Below, one piece after another: positions 37,080 through 47,536 of a stretch of DNA of 64,000 nucleotides. Position 1 is the first letter of the stretch. Every line of letters begins with the position of its first letter. The stretch comes from a candidate division WOR-3 bacterium (lineage in GTDB: Bacteria; Hydrothermota; Tepidihabitantia; Tepidihabitantales; Tepidihabitantaceae). Both the position numbers and the translations under genes were made by a program. The stretch is taken from positions 1 to 64,000 of the forward strand of contig JBBISL010000004.1 of assembly GCA_037441285.1 (NCBI GenBank). The letters are read 5' to 3'. The notes below the pieces were generated by a model. It was not told the DNA's origin and did not search any database. It saw only the letters and a program-made list of their open reading frames with translations.

Positions 37080-37689
37080 CAAGAAAGAATCCCGTCTTAC
37101 TTACCTAACATCAGGAATTATTAAGGAAAATCCGACACTTATCCTGATGATTGGGCTTTGTCCCACTCTTGCCACAACCGTCTCCGCCCGTGATGGCTTG
37201 GGAATGGGACTTGCCGCCTCATTTGTTCTCATTGGTTCAAATATCGTTGTTGCTGCGGTGCGGAAACTGGTACCCGATTCAGTGCGCATCCCGATTTTTA
37301 TTATCGTCATCTCAACCTTCGTTACAATTGTGGATTATCTTATGCAGGCTTATCAGCCCGGTTTGTACCGAGTGCTTGGTGTATTCGTTCCCTTAATTGT
37401 CGTAAACTGCATCATACTGGGCCGGGCTGAGGCATTCGCCTATAAACATGGCATCTTTGATTCATTTTTGGATGGACTTGGTAAATCAATTGGTTTCACG
37501 CTGGTTCTGTTTATCATGGGCACGATTCGAGAAATCGTTGGCAACGGCACCTTCTTCGGTCAACCGGTAACACCCACCTGGTACCGGACTGCACCGATGC
37601 TATTTGCCATTTTCCCACCCGGTGCCTTCTTATTAATTGGTTTGCTCAAGGCGCTCGTCAATAAAACAAGACTCGGGGGGAATAAATGA
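37072..37689 (+). CDS. rnfE: Rnf complex subunit E
   Basis: ENP...GLCPTLA, VRIP, PLIVVNCIILGRAE, PPGAF. Confidence 0.95.
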   Translation: MSSKKESRLTYLTSGIIKENPTLILMIGLCPTLATTVSARDGLGMGLAASFVLIGSNIVVAAVRKLVPDSVRIPIFIIVISTFVTIVDYLMQAYQPGLYRVLGVFVPLIVVNCIILGRAEAFAYKHGIFDSFLDGLGKSIGFTLVLFIMGTIREIVGNGTFFGQPVTPTWYRTAPMLFAIFPPGAFLLIGLLKALVNKTRLGGNK

Positions 37690-38276
37690 CTCAAATGAAT
37701 CCCGCCAAAATCTTCCTCGCCGCCTTTTTGGTCAACAACATCATTCTGATGCGATTCATTGGCCTATGTCCCTTCTTTGGCGTATCAACATCGCTCAATA
37801 CCTCTGCGGGAATGAGTGCTGCGGTCCTGTTCGTAATGCTCCTTGCCGCCTGGGTTTCCTGGATTCTTTATCACGCCCTGCTAATCCCTCTGGGACTCGT
37901 ATTTCTTCGCACGGCAGTGTTTATTCTTGTAATTGCAGCACTGGTTCAGTTTGTTGAAATGTTCCTCAAGCGTTATATCCGCAACCTTTACTCAGCAATG
38001 GGTATCTATCTACCTTTAATCACCACCAACTGTGCCATCTTAGGCGTAACATTTCTTAATATCGATTACAAATTCAACATCCTTCAAGCAACAATCTTCG
38101 CCCTGGGTACCGCTTGCGGCTTCGCACTCGCCATCATCCTGTTTGCGGCGATTCGCGAGCGGCTCGAAGACGCGCCCATCTCGCCGGCATTTAAAGGTTA
38201 TCCCATCGCCTTCATTGGTGCCGCACTGGTATCGTTAGCTTTTATGGGCTTTACCGCTCTTTTCGGGATTTCGTAA
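37686..38276 (+). CDS. rnfA: Rnf complex subunit A
   Basis: NN....FIGLCPFFGVS, GIYLPLITTNCAILG. Confidence 0.95.
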   Translation: MTQMNPAKIFLAAFLVNNIILMRFIGLCPFFGVSTSLNTSAGMSAAVLFVMLLAAWVSWILYHALLIPLGLVFLRTAVFILVIAALVQFVEMFLKRYIRNLYSAMGIYLPLITTNCAILGVTFLNIDYKFNILQATIFALGTACGFALAIILFAAIRERLEDAPISPAFKGYPIAFIGAALVSLAFMGFTALFGIS

Positions 38277-39287
38277 ATGGACTGGCTTCTCATCTTCAAA
38301 TCGTTATTAGCCCTTGGCGGTCTTGGTCTGATTCTTGGGGTCATTCTCTTAATCGCCTCGCTCAAACTTACCGTCAAAGTTGACGAACGGGAAGCACAAA
38401 TTCGCTCCATTCTCCCCGGAGCTAACTGCGGCGCCTGTGGCTACCCGGGCTGTGATGGTTATGCCGCGGCAATTGTCGCAGGTAAAGCACCATTAAATGC
38501 CTGTTCGGTTGGTGGACCCACTGTCGCCTCAAAAATTGGTCAAATTATGGGACAGGAGGTAACAGCCACCGAACCGCAGGTTGCGGTGTTAATCTGCCGC
38601 GGAGGAAAAGAAGAAGCCCCACACCGATTTGAATACCGGGGTGCTGAAGACTGCCGGCAGGCAGCGCTCCTGCTTGGTGGACCGAAAGCCTGCATCTACG
38701 GCTGCGTTGGTTTGGGTCACTGTGTTAAAGTCTGCCCGGTCAACGCAATTAAAATGGGAGAGAACAAACTCCCGATTATTGATGAAAAAACCTGCATCGG
38801 CTGTGGAAAATGTGTCAAAGAGTGTCCCAAGGGAACATTGCGATTAATTCCGCGTTCTAAACTGGTCTACCTTGCCTGCGTGTCACACGACCGGGGCAAA
38901 GCGGTTAAAGATGTTTGCAAGGTTGGCTGTATCGCCTGCAGTTTATGTGTCAAAGTTTGCCCGGTTGGCGCCCTGAAAATGGAGAACAACCTGCCGGTTA
39001 TGGATTTTAGCAAATGCATCGACTGCGGCATCTGTGTCCACAAATGTCCGACCAAATCATTTATTGACCGGGCGCCCGGTCGACCAAAAGCCTCAATCAA
39101 CCCTCGTTGCAACGGCTGCGGTGAATGCGTCAAAGTGTGCCAGTTCAAAGCAATTGAAGGCGAACCCGGAAAACAGCACCGGGTTACTTCCGAAAAATGT
39201 ATTGGTTGCGGTCAGTGTGTCCTGGTCTGTCCGGTTAAAGCAATTGACCTGGTTGGTGCCCTCGGGCACGCAATGAAAACCGTCTGA
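38277..39287 (+). CDS. rnfB: Rnf complex subunit B (polyferredoxin-extended)
   Basis: LPGANCGACGYPGC followed by multiple CxxCxxCxxxC motifs. Confidence 0.95.
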   Translation: MDWLLIFKSLLALGGLGLILGVILLIASLKLTVKVDEREAQIRSILPGANCGACGYPGCDGYAAAIVAGKAPLNACSVGGPTVASKIGQIMGQEVTATEPQVAVLICRGGKEEAPHRFEYRGAEDCRQAALLLGGPKACIYGCVGLGHCVKVCPVNAIKMGENKLPIIDEKTCIGCGKCVKECPKGTLRLIPRSKLVYLACVSHDRGKAVKDVCKVGCIACSLCVKVCPVGALKMENNLPVMDFSKCIDCGICVHKCPTKSFIDRAPGRPKASINPRCNGCGECVKVCQFKAIEGEPGKQHRVTSEKCIGCGQCVLVCPVKAIDLVGALGHAMKTV

Positions 39288-39369
39288 CTTTTGCCTCTCT
39301 CATAATTCAAATTTACTATTCTCGTTGCCGTCTCCTTGACTGTTTTATTTTTACCGCTACTATCCAGTA

Positions 39370-40653
39370 GTGTCCAACCGATTTGCCCTCATCCTCCGCA
39401 ACAAAAATTTTCTTTTTTTAACCTTCGCCGGAGCGATGTCACAGTTAGGCGACCGCCTTTCCCATATGCTCCTAATCACGCTCATCGGTCTCACAACACC
39501 AGGAAAACTGCTCGCTTATTCGGGGGGCTCCCTCACATTCGTCATACCGACCTTAATCCTCTCGCCCATTGCCGGTGTCCTGGTTGACCACTGGGACAAA
39601 CGCAAAACCATTAGTCGAACCCATTTCCTCCAGACCGCACTACTGCTCTTAACCCCTTTTGCCATAAGACTCACCCACAGTTTCACCCCCTTCTGGATTG
39701 CATTAACCTTATTCTTTGGCCTTGACATCTTCAATAACACCGCCAATCCAGCGCTCTTGCCCAATGTGGTATCGTCTGATAAACTACTCCTTGCCAATTC
39801 GGTAAGCCTCGCTTTTGCCCGCATCGCCACCGTTCTCGGAATGGTGATTGGTGGATTTCTGATAAAATGGGTGGGCTGGAACAACGGAATATTTATCGAT
39901 GCCTCCTGTCATCTTATTGCCGGAATTTTAATACTTAACATCATCACTACCCAACAAACAAATGCCCTCTCCTCTCCCCCTATCGCAACTCGTCCTAACG
40001 AACCCGCACTGGTGCTGAATGCTCTAAAACAGTACTTTAACGACTTACTCGAACTCATCCGCCTGGTTTTGCACAATCGCATTGTCGCCTTTGTCCTCGC
40101 TTCCATTGTCATATCCACTTTTATCTCCGCAGTCTCTTACACAATTCTCATCTACATTGTGCAACAGGCTTTGCATATGGGACCAAGAGGGGTTGGTATC
40201 TTCGCCGGAATCTTGGCAGTTGGGATGATTGCCGGTGCCGCGGCGATGGGTCTTCTCCCTCAAAATATAAATCGACCTTTTATTATCGTCCTGATTACAT
40301 TCTTATATGGCTTGCTTTTTTTTATCGGTAACTGGCTTATCACGGTCTGGTTTATGATTATCGTTGCGCTCATTGCTGGCATCGCATTTTCCTGGTTAGG
40401 AATTGTGCAAAACACAATGTTACAGGAGGGAGTTGAGCCAACGATTCGGGGCCGGGTGTTCTCCACTCGCGAATTTGTCACCAATTGCACTTTTCTCATC
40501 ACCACACTTACCATTGGTATTCTCGGTGATTTCACATCTTACCGCACCGCGATTCTCGTAATCGGCATCGCTTTAATTGTTCTGGGAGGCGCTGGTTTTC
40601 TCTGGGTCCGGCACGGCCTGCGCCCGGACCGCAGATTAAACTCGGACAATTAG
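39370..40653 (+). CDS. MFS transporter (DHA3/macrolide efflux-like)
   Basis: [23 protein letters not shown]; many TM segments. Confidence 0.88.
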   Translation: MSNRFALILRNKNFLFLTFAGAMSQLGDRLSHMLLITLIGLTTPGKLLAYSGGSLTFVIPTLILSPIAGVLVDHWDKRKTISRTHFLQTALLLLTPFAIRLTHSFTPFWIALTLFFGLDIFNNTANPALLPNVVSSDKLLLANSVSLAFARIATVLGMVIGGFLIKWVGWNNGIFIDASCHLIAGILILNIITTQQTNALSSPPIATRPNEPALVLNALKQYFNDLLELIRLVLHNRIVAFVLASIVISTFISAVSYTILIYIVQQALHMGPRGVGIFAGILAVGMIAGAAAMGLLPQNINRPFIIVLITFLYGLLFFIGNWLITVWFMIIVALIAGIAFSWLGIVQNTMLQEGVEPTIRGRVFSTREFVTNCTFLITTLTIGILGDFTSYRTAILVIGIALIVLGGAGFLWVRHGLRPDRRLNSDN

Positions 40654-41478
40654 ATTGTCAATCAATCTTGCTTTACCAAAATAGAGAGCCAGGGCTATAA
40701 GCACTTCACCTTTAATTACTTGTACAGGTTTCAAACAAGTTGTATCAACAATTTCCACATAATCAATTCTGCCCAACGAGGCGGTCTTGATTAATTGGCG
40801 CATAGCCTGTTTGACTTTACGGGCATCCCGTTCCCCGCATTTTATCATCCGCTCCGCATGCCCCAGTGCCTGGTAAAGCACCACCGCCTGCTGCCGCTCT
40901 TCAGGCGTTAAATAGCTGTTACGGGAACTCAACGCCAAACCGTCAGGCTCGCGCACCGTCGGTACAACGACAATCTCAATATCGAAATTTAAATCCCGCA
41001 CCATTCTCTTTATCACATATGCCTGCTGGGCATCTTTCTGACCAAACACCGCAAGGTGAGGCTTAACGATATTGAAAAGTTTGGCAACCACCGTTGTCAC
41101 ACCGCGAAAGTGGCCGGGCCGCGACCGACCGCACAGATACCGGGTTAAACCTTCCACCTCAACATAAGTAGAGTAGTTGTCCGGGTACATTTCTCGAACA
41201 TCTGGATAAAAAATTACATCAACGCCCATTTCTTGAAGCATTTTCCGGTCCCGGGCAAAGTCCCGCGGGTATCGCCGGTAATCTTCCTTTGGCCCAAACT
41301 GAATCGGATTGACAAAAATGGAGACAACGACCCAATCGCACCGCTGCTGCGCCACCCGTACCAGTTCCAGATGCCCCCGATGCAAAGCTCCCATCGTCGG
41401 TACAAAGCCTAATTTTCCCTTTTCCCGCAGTTGGGCGGCAAGCCGTTGCATCCCTTTTACCGTTTTAACGATTTTCAT
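40636..41478 (-). CDS. panC: Pantoate-beta-alanine ligase
   Basis: [49 protein letters not shown]. Confidence 0.97.
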   Translation of the reverse strand: MKIVKTVKGMQRLAAQLREKGKLGFVPTMGALHRGHLELVRVAQQRCDWVVVSIFVNPIQFGPKEDYRRYPRDFARDRKMLQEMGVDVIFYPDVREMYPDNYSTYVEVEGLTRYLCGRSRPGHFRGVTTVVAKLFNIVKPHLAVFGQKDAQQAYVIKRMVRDLNFDIEIVVVPTVREPDGLALSSRNSYLTPEERQQAVVLYQALGHAERMIKCGERDARKVKQAMRQLIKTASLGRIDYVEIVDTTCLKPVQVIKGEVLIALALYFGKARLIDNLIVRV

Positions 41479-42289
41479 CAGTGTAGAATGTGTGCTCCGG
41501 ACCGGGAAACTTTCCTTGGCGCACTTCATCAATATACGCCTGTACCGCCTGCTTCGTCAGCCGGGCGAGTTCGGCATAACGTTTTACGAACTTGAACGGC
41601 TCATCTTCAAACATCCCCAGCATATCCTGCAAGACCAGCACCTGACCATCACACTCCGGTCCCGCACCAATTCCAATCACCGGAATCTTTAACGCCTTTG
41701 TTACTTTTGCCCCTGCCTCAGCCGGAACCTTCTCAAGAATAAGGGCAAAACATCCTGCGGCTTCCAGCGCTTGAGCGTCGGCAAGCAATTTTTCTTGCTC
41801 CTCAGGTCGTCGGGCTTGAAGCCGGTAGCCACCCAATTTATGAACTGATTGCGGCGTAAGGCCAAGATGTCCCATCACCGGAATTCCGTAATCAACTAAA
41901 CGGCGCACCGTTTCCAGAACCGGACCTGAACCTTCAAGTTTTACCGCTTCGGCTCCGGCTTTGAGCAACCGCCCGGCATTCTCAATCGCCTGTTCCACTG
42001 ACACCTGATAAGATAAAAAAGGCATATCACTTACGACCAGGGCTCGTTTTACGCCACTTACAACAGCTCGAGTGTGATAGACCATTTCATCCATACCGAT
42101 CCCGAGAGTTGTCTTCATTCCGTAAACCACATTTGCCACCGAATCCCCGACCAGAATTATATCTACCCCCGCATCATCCAGAATTCGCGCAAATGGATAA
42201 TCGTAGGCGGTCAAACAGACTATCTTCTCGCCTCGAGTCTTTTTTCTAACCACCCGCAGAGTGGTAATTTTATCAATTGGGGTCACCAT
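41465..42289 (-). CDS. panB: 3-methyl-2-oxobutanoate hydroxymethyltransferase
   Basis: [41 protein letters not shown]. Confidence 0.97.
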   Translation of the reverse strand: MVTPIDKITTLRVVRKKTRGEKIVCLTAYDYPFARILDDAGVDIILVGDSVANVVYGMKTTLGIGMDEMVYHTRAVVSGVKRALVVSDMPFLSYQVSVEQAIENAGRLLKAGAEAVKLEGSGPVLETVRRLVDYGIPVMGHLGLTPQSVHKLGGYRLQARRPEEQEKLLADAQALEAAGCFALILEKVPAEAGAKVTKALKIPVIGIGAGPECDGQVLVLQDMLGMFEDEPFKFVKRYAELARLTKQAVQAYIDEVRQGKFPGPEHTFYTDENR

Positions 42290-42302
42290 TCATTTAGCTC
42301 CT

Positions 42303-42974
42303 TTACCCTTTTTGGCTCCGGGGCGAATAGAACTTTCTACCTCGGTCGTGTCCAACAATCGCCCGAAACAGCTCCTCGAAATCATCCTGATTGCCCACGA
42401 AATTTAGCCGGTCAGTGTTAACAATTAAAACCGGGGCATCTTCGTAATGAAGGAAAAATGAGTTGTAAAGATTGCTCAAATTGTTGAGATATTCGGGCTC
42501 GATGTTCGCCTCAAAACTCCGCCCCCTTTGCCGAATCCGTGCCAGCAGGACATCAACCCGGGCTTGCAGATAAACAACCAGGTCTGGCTTCGGGATATCA
42601 ACTTTTACCAAATCGTATATCCGGTAATAAAGCGCCAGTTCGGGTTCGCTCAGATTTAGTGTTGCAAAAATGCGGTCCTTATCAAAGAGGTAGTCGCTCA
42701 CCACCGCCGGCTCAGGAACCAGTTCTCCCTCAACCAGAATCATCCGGGTCTGAAATATCTCCCGCAACTGACGATGCCGGGAAAGTAAAAAAAACAGCTG
42801 GGTTTGAAATGCGTAACTGCGGATATCACGGTAGAATTTCTCCAAAAAAGGATTCTCTTCGACCACTTCCCGCACCAGACGCGCCGACAAACGCCGGGCC
42901 AGCAACTCTGCCAATGCCGTTTTTCCAACACCGATTGGTCCCTCAACCGCAATGTATCTCAATCGTTGTTCCAC
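42303..42974 (-). CDS. Deoxynucleoside kinase
   Basis: EGPIGVGKT, NPFLEKFY, QLFFLLSR, PDLVVYLQA, RGRSFE. Confidence 0.93.
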   Translation of the reverse strand: MEQRLRYIAVEGPIGVGKTALAELLARRLSARLVREVVEENPFLEKFYRDIRSYAFQTQLFFLLSRHRQLREIFQTRMILVEGELVPEPAVVSDYLFDKDRIFATLNLSEPELALYYRIYDLVKVDIPKPDLVVYLQARVDVLLARIRQRGRSFEANIEPEYLNNLSNLYNSFFLHYEDAPVLIVNTDRLNFVGNQDDFEELFRAIVGHDRGRKFYSPRSQKG

Positions 42975-43444
42975 TTCCTCACCCCTTTTCGAGAAACCCT
43001 GCTTAACATCTCCTGCACCGTCATCCCCAGTATCGGATGTCGTAACCCTGGTGCCAGTTCGGCCAGAGGCACCAGCACAAATGCCCGCTCTGACAGCCGG
43101 GGATGAGGGACAATCAACTCGGGCGAAGAAAAAACCTCATCACCATAAAAAAGGAGGTCGATATCAATTGGACGGGGTTCTTTTTCACCACTCTTGTGCC
43201 GCACCCGGCCCAATCTTCTTTCAATTTCCTGGAGCACTTTAAAAAGTTCAAGGACCGGACGGTGGCTCCACAACCTGACTACACCATTAAGAAACAACGG
43301 CGCGCCCGGCATATCTACCGGTTCCGTCTCATACCAGGAGGAACGTTCGAGCGGACCCAATCTAATCAGTTCTGACAGCGCCCGTAACAGATTAACCTCC
43401 CGGACACCGAGATTCGTGCCCAGACTCAGAAACACTTCCTTCAC
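42959..43444 (-). CDS. folK: 6-hydroxymethyl-7,8-dihydropterin pyrophosphokinase
   Basis: LGTNLG, YETEP, FLN, PRPIDIDLL, PHPRL.ERAFVL.PL. Confidence 0.96.
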   Translation of the reverse strand: MKEVFLSLGTNLGVREVNLLRALSELIRLGPLERSSWYETEPVDMPGAPLFLNGVVRLWSHRPVLELFKVLQEIERRLGRVRHKSGEKEPRPIDIDLLFYGDEVFSSPELIVPHPRLSERAFVLVPLAELAPGLRHPILGMTVQEMLSRVSRKGVRKWNND

Positions 43445-43479
43445 TAAAATAAGAGTAGAACAATCTCGGAAACTGTCAA

Positions 43480-43707
43480 CTAAGAACCTCTTGAATTCTC
43501 GGGTAATATTTTGCGCACATTTATTGCGCGCGGTCCCTGGGGTGTTTCCAGCAGCTCAAATTCAACTTCGTCATCAATTTCCAGTAAATCTTTTTTCCCG
43601 CCGTCCACATCAGCAAAATGGACAAACACACTGCGGCCATCATCTTTGGCTTGAATCATCCCGTAACCTTTATCAGAATCATACCACTTTACTCGACCTT
43701 TAAGCAT
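43480..43707 (-). CDS. Cold-shock domain protein
   Basis: GRVKWY...KGYGMI, VFVHF, VEFE...GPRA.NV. Confidence 0.93.
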   Translation of the reverse strand: MLKGRVKWYDSDKGYGMIQAKDDGRSVFVHFADVDGGKKDLLEIDDEVEFELLETPQGPRAINVRKILPENSRGS

Positions 43708-43838
43708 AGAACCCCTTTCGCTCTATTTAAAGAAATAAATCAACTAAGAAAACTTTATTGAAATCTGCTTCGGTGTCAAGCGTTTTTCCCCCTCTTCGAT
43801 TCTTATTCTTACACTTCGTCATTTGCCCGGCTGTCCTA

Positions 43839-43866
43839 TTGACATCGTGTTCCTTCCTTCTATAAT
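43839..43866 (+). promoter_or_regulatory. Sigma70-type promoter for nnr (TTGACA-N16-TATAAT), likely leaderless
   Basis: Perfect hexamers; ATG 8 nt after the -10 with no SD. Confidence 0.75.
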
Positions 43867-43874
43867 TTAATACT

Positions 43875-45419
43875 ATGATTCCACTTGTCCCCGGTTCCTT
43901 GATGAAACTAATCGACCAGAAGGCGATGGAAAGTTGGGGAATAAGTGGATTGGTGTTAATGGAAAATGCCGGGCGAGCAGTGGTCGACCACATTGAGGAA
44001 GAAACCGGCAGCGTGGCAGGAAAAAGGTTTGTCGTTGTCTGCGGTAAAGGTAATAATGGGGGCGATGGTTTTGTCATTACCCGCCATCTGCTAAATCGGA
44101 GGGCAAAAGTTGATTGCCTCCTGTTGGGGGAACTTGCTCAATTAAAGGGAGATGCGCGAACTAACGCCGCAATTCTGCAAAATGCCGGCATAACAATCCG
44201 GGAAGCAACCAAACTCGATGAAATATCACCAATCATCAGCACCGCCCCTTTTATCATCGACGCCATATTTGGAACCGGCCTCTCTGCGCCCCCGACCGGT
44301 ATCTTCGCCCAAACAATTCAACTCATTAATCAAAGCTCGGCTTATGTGATAAGTGTTGACCTTCCTTCCGGACTTGATGCCGACACCGGAAAGGTTTTTG
44401 AGCCCACGGTTAAAGCCCACCTTACGATAACGATGGGCGTGCCAAAGTTCGGCTTAATTCTTTACCCGGGAAAAAGTTTTACCGGAAAGTTACGCATCGC
44501 TGATATTGGAATACCGAAATCGCTAATTGAACAACAGGCAGATACCTTTTTAGTAACGGAATCGGACATCCGGCAAAACCTCCCGCCCCGACGCCCTGAT
44601 GGCCACAAAGGAACATTTGGGACATGTTTGGTGATTGCCGGTGCCCGCGGCTACTCGGGTGCTGCCTGCCTTACCGCAATGGCGGCGATACGCGCCGGTG
44701 CCGGATTGGTCCGTCTTGCCTTCCCTCAAAGCCTTGCCCCGATAATAGAGTCCCGGGCTCTTGAACCCGTGAAACATCCGCTTCCGGAAACCGCCGACGC
44801 AACGCTAAGCCTGGATGCTGCTTCCCCAATCCTTGACCTTGCCGCTAATGCTACCAGCATCGCTATCGGTCCAGGAATTTCTACCCATCGGGAAACAAAA
44901 AAGTTAATCCAGGAAATTCTACCCCGGCTCAGTAAACCGATGGTGATTGACGCTGATGGCATTAACAACCTCGCTGGTGCCGAAGATATCATCAAGCAGT
45001 GCACCGCGCCGCTTATCCTTACACCCCATCCCGGTGAACTCAGCCGATTAATCGGGATTACCCCGAATGAAATCAATACCCGGCGCATAGAAATTGCCCG
45101 GGAAACCGCTCGCCATTTCAATTGTGTGTTAGTTCTCAAGGGCGCACCAACTGCTATCGCAACACCACAGGGGAGGGTGTTTGTCAATACAACGGGAAAC
45201 TCCGGTTTAGGTTCCGGCGGCACCGGTGATGTTCTTACCGGATTGATTGCTGGATTACTGGCGCAGGGTGCCTCACCCCTTGACGCTGCTCTTATCGGTG
45301 TTTTTTTGCACGGTAAAACCGCAGATATCGCCGCCCAGGAGCTTACCGAATACTGTCTTACCGCCCGTGACCTTTTGCAATTTCTTCCCCGTGCCTTTGC
45401 CGAACTTGTTTTAGTTTGA
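43875..45419 (+). CDS. nnr: Bifunctional NAD(P)HX epimerase/dehydratase
   Basis: LMENAG, CGKGNNGGDG, DAIFGTG, HKGTFG, IGPG, DADG, TPHPGE, GGTGDVL. Confidence 0.95.
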   Translation: MIPLVPGSLMKLIDQKAMESWGISGLVLMENAGRAVVDHIEEETGSVAGKRFVVVCGKGNNGGDGFVITRHLLNRRAKVDCLLLGELAQLKGDARTNAAILQNAGITIREATKLDEISPIISTAPFIIDAIFGTGLSAPPTGIFAQTIQLINQSSAYVISVDLPSGLDADTGKVFEPTVKAHLTITMGVPKFGLILYPGKSFTGKLRIADIGIPKSLIEQQADTFLVTESDIRQNLPPRRPDGHKGTFGTCLVIAGARGYSGAACLTAMAAIRAGAGLVRLAFPQSLAPIIESRALEPVKHPLPETADATLSLDAASPILDLAANATSIAIGPGISTHRETKKLIQEILPRLSKPMVIDADGINNLAGAEDIIKQCTAPLILTPHPGELSRLIGITPNEINTRRIEIARETARHFNCVLVLKGAPTAIATPQGRVFVNTTGNSGLGSGGTGDVLTGLIAGLLAQGASPLDAALIGVFLHGKTADIAAQELTEYCLTARDLLQFLPRAFAELVLV

Positions 45420-46822
45420 TGTTCTCTCTTATCTCCCTCTTTTTAGCCCTTTTTTACGAACCCCGTTACTGGCTTGCCTATCCCGCACTCAACGAAGTCC
45501 GGTCTATAACCTTCAGCCCTCGCGCTGTATTCGTCGGAGTTCCCAATGGCATATATATCTTAGACCACAAAACTCTTACTCACCAGAAAACCATTACGGC
45601 ACTGGACGGTGTTGAAGGCGAAATCCAGCTCTGCGCCTACAACCCTGCCTACAATGAGTTGCTTATTGTCACTGACCTTCACCTCTATAACTTTCTCCCC
45701 CTCACGGGCCGCGTGCTTACCCTTAATCCGCCTTTCCAACAAACTCGTTCCATCGGCATAACCCGGCAGGGTGCCTATTTTGATACCGACCAGGGGCTCT
45801 TTCAGAAAGTACGTACTGCCGACCTTTATCAACCGGTTTCTACTGTACCCGAACCGGTTATCTGGTATGGAGACAAAGACACCTTTTCGCTTCGAAACTA
45901 CCCATTTCTCACCCCTTATTTTATTCCTGACGCCCAGTTAAACCCCTGTCCCTTCCTCAAAGCCTGGCACAACCCCTATGATAACCGGTTGTTTGTCTTC
46001 GCCCAGAACTACGGCATTCTTGTCTACAACGCCCGCACCGGTTGGAAAGAAACCGAAATCCGTATCGGGCCACTGATATCTAACATCGGCCGCATCTTGT
46101 CCGTGCAAGACAAAATGTTTTTTTTCAGCCCAGACCACTTCCTCACCCTTGATTCAGCTGGGAACTGGAACCTATTCTCCTCCGAACCCCAACAACTTTT
46201 CTCTTCCAGCTGGCAACCGTTTATTCGCTACTTATACCGGCTCAACCAGATAGAAAACATCACCGCCATCCTTATGCAAAACGGAGTCACCACCTTAATC
46301 GGAACCGAACACGGTGTTTACCGAATCGGTCCCGAAGAAAAATCCGCCTTTTTCCTCCCGACCGGCGCCACCGTAAATGCGCTTGCTCAGGTAAATGACT
46401 CAATAATTGTTGCAACCGGCAACGGTATGTTTCTCCTTATCAACGATAGTTTGACTTCGATTTCAGACCCGTTTGCCCGCAGTGACTGGGGCGTTTTTGC
46501 TATCACCGGTAATAATCGTAAAACATTCTTCGGCACTCAGGGGGGTGTCCTGGAACTGGATTCAAATAACACCTGGACCCATCTCATTCCACCGGGCTTT
46601 GACCTTTCCCAGCCGGTCCGGGCACTTGCCGCGGGCGACCGTTTTCTCTTTGTCGGTTCAAAAGACGGTATCGATGTTTACGACACAAAACACAACACCT
46701 GGACAAAAATCGTTCTACCTCCTCTTTTAGCGATAAAAGAGCTGTATGCTGATAACCGCTACCTGTGGCTGATTTTCCGGGAAATGGTTGCACGCTACGA
46801 ATACCGTTCCCAGTTACATTGA
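45419..46822 (+). CDS. Secreted hypothetical beta-propeller protein (two-component regulator propeller/PorZ-like)
   Basis: Signal-like N-terminus; repeats IGTEHGVY, VATGNGMF, FGTQGGVL, VGSKDGI; TGATG coupling to nnr. Confidence 0.6.
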   Translation: MFSLISLFLALFYEPRYWLAYPALNEVRSITFSPRAVFVGVPNGIYILDHKTLTHQKTITALDGVEGEIQLCAYNPAYNELLIVTDLHLYNFLPLTGRVLTLNPPFQQTRSIGITRQGAYFDTDQGLFQKVRTADLYQPVSTVPEPVIWYGDKDTFSLRNYPFLTPYFIPDAQLNPCPFLKAWHNPYDNRLFVFAQNYGILVYNARTGWKETEIRIGPLISNIGRILSVQDKMFFFSPDHFLTLDSAGNWNLFSSEPQQLFSSSWQPFIRYLYRLNQIENITAILMQNGVTTLIGTEHGVYRIGPEEKSAFFLPTGATVNALAQVNDSIIVATGNGMFLLINDSLTSISDPFARSDWGVFAITGNNRKTFFGTQGGVLELDSNNTWTHLIPPGFDLSQPVRALAAGDRFLFVGSKDGIDVYDTKHNTWTKIVLPPLLAIKELYADNRYLWLIFREMVARYEYRSQLH

Positions 46823-46831
46823 ACCGCCTCT

Positions 46832-47536
46832 ATGCCATTAAACCTACCAGTCCAGGCAATCATATTTGACCTGTTTCACACTCTAATATCTTTGCAACTG
46901 TCAAACGCACCCGGACCCGGCACCGCCGAACTGCTTGGTATCGACCCGGATGAATGGAACAAACACTGGCTTGCGGACCCTTCTGACTATGTCCTGGGCT
47001 TGGCCCCGATTGAGGTTCCGTTCCGCCGCATCGCCCGGTTGCTCAACCCTGAAGTCACCGAAGAGCAAATCCAGAAGACGCTTGAAATCCGGCGTCAGCG
47101 TTTTCGCCACGCCCTGCTTAATGTTGAGCCGGAAACAGTCGCCGGTTTAAAAGCCCTTCGTGCTTTGGGTTATAAGACCGGTCTCATCTCAAACTGTGGT
47201 TGGGACGAAATTGCCGCCTGGAACGATTCGCCCCTTGCTCCGCTATTTGAAACGGTCCTTTTCTCCTGCGAACTAAAACTAAAAAAGCCCGACCCGGCGA
47301 TTTACCACCTTGCCGCCCGTAATCTTGCCGTGCCCGCAGCGCACTGTTTATTTGTTGGTAACGGCGGTTCCCAAGAACTCACGGGCGCCCGCAACGCTGG
47401 TATGACACCGGTTCTTCTAACCCGTCACCTTGAAGTAATAAAACCGGAGCGGATTATCGATGTGCTACCCGAAGCGCGGATTGTCGTCCGCACGGTTAGC
47501 GACCTGATATTGATTTTAACTGGTAAACCAGTTTAA
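46832..47536 (+). CDS. HAD-family hydrolase
   Basis: [26 protein letters not shown]...GA..AGM. Confidence 0.9.
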   Translation: MPLNLPVQAIIFDLFHTLISLQLSNAPGPGTAELLGIDPDEWNKHWLADPSDYVLGLAPIEVPFRRIARLLNPEVTEEQIQKTLEIRRQRFRHALLNVEPETVAGLKALRALGYKTGLISNCGWDEIAAWNDSPLAPLFETVLFSCELKLKKPDPAIYHLAARNLAVPAAHCLFVGNGGSQELTGARNAGMTPVLLTRHLEVIKPERIIDVLPEARIVVRTVSDLILILTGKPV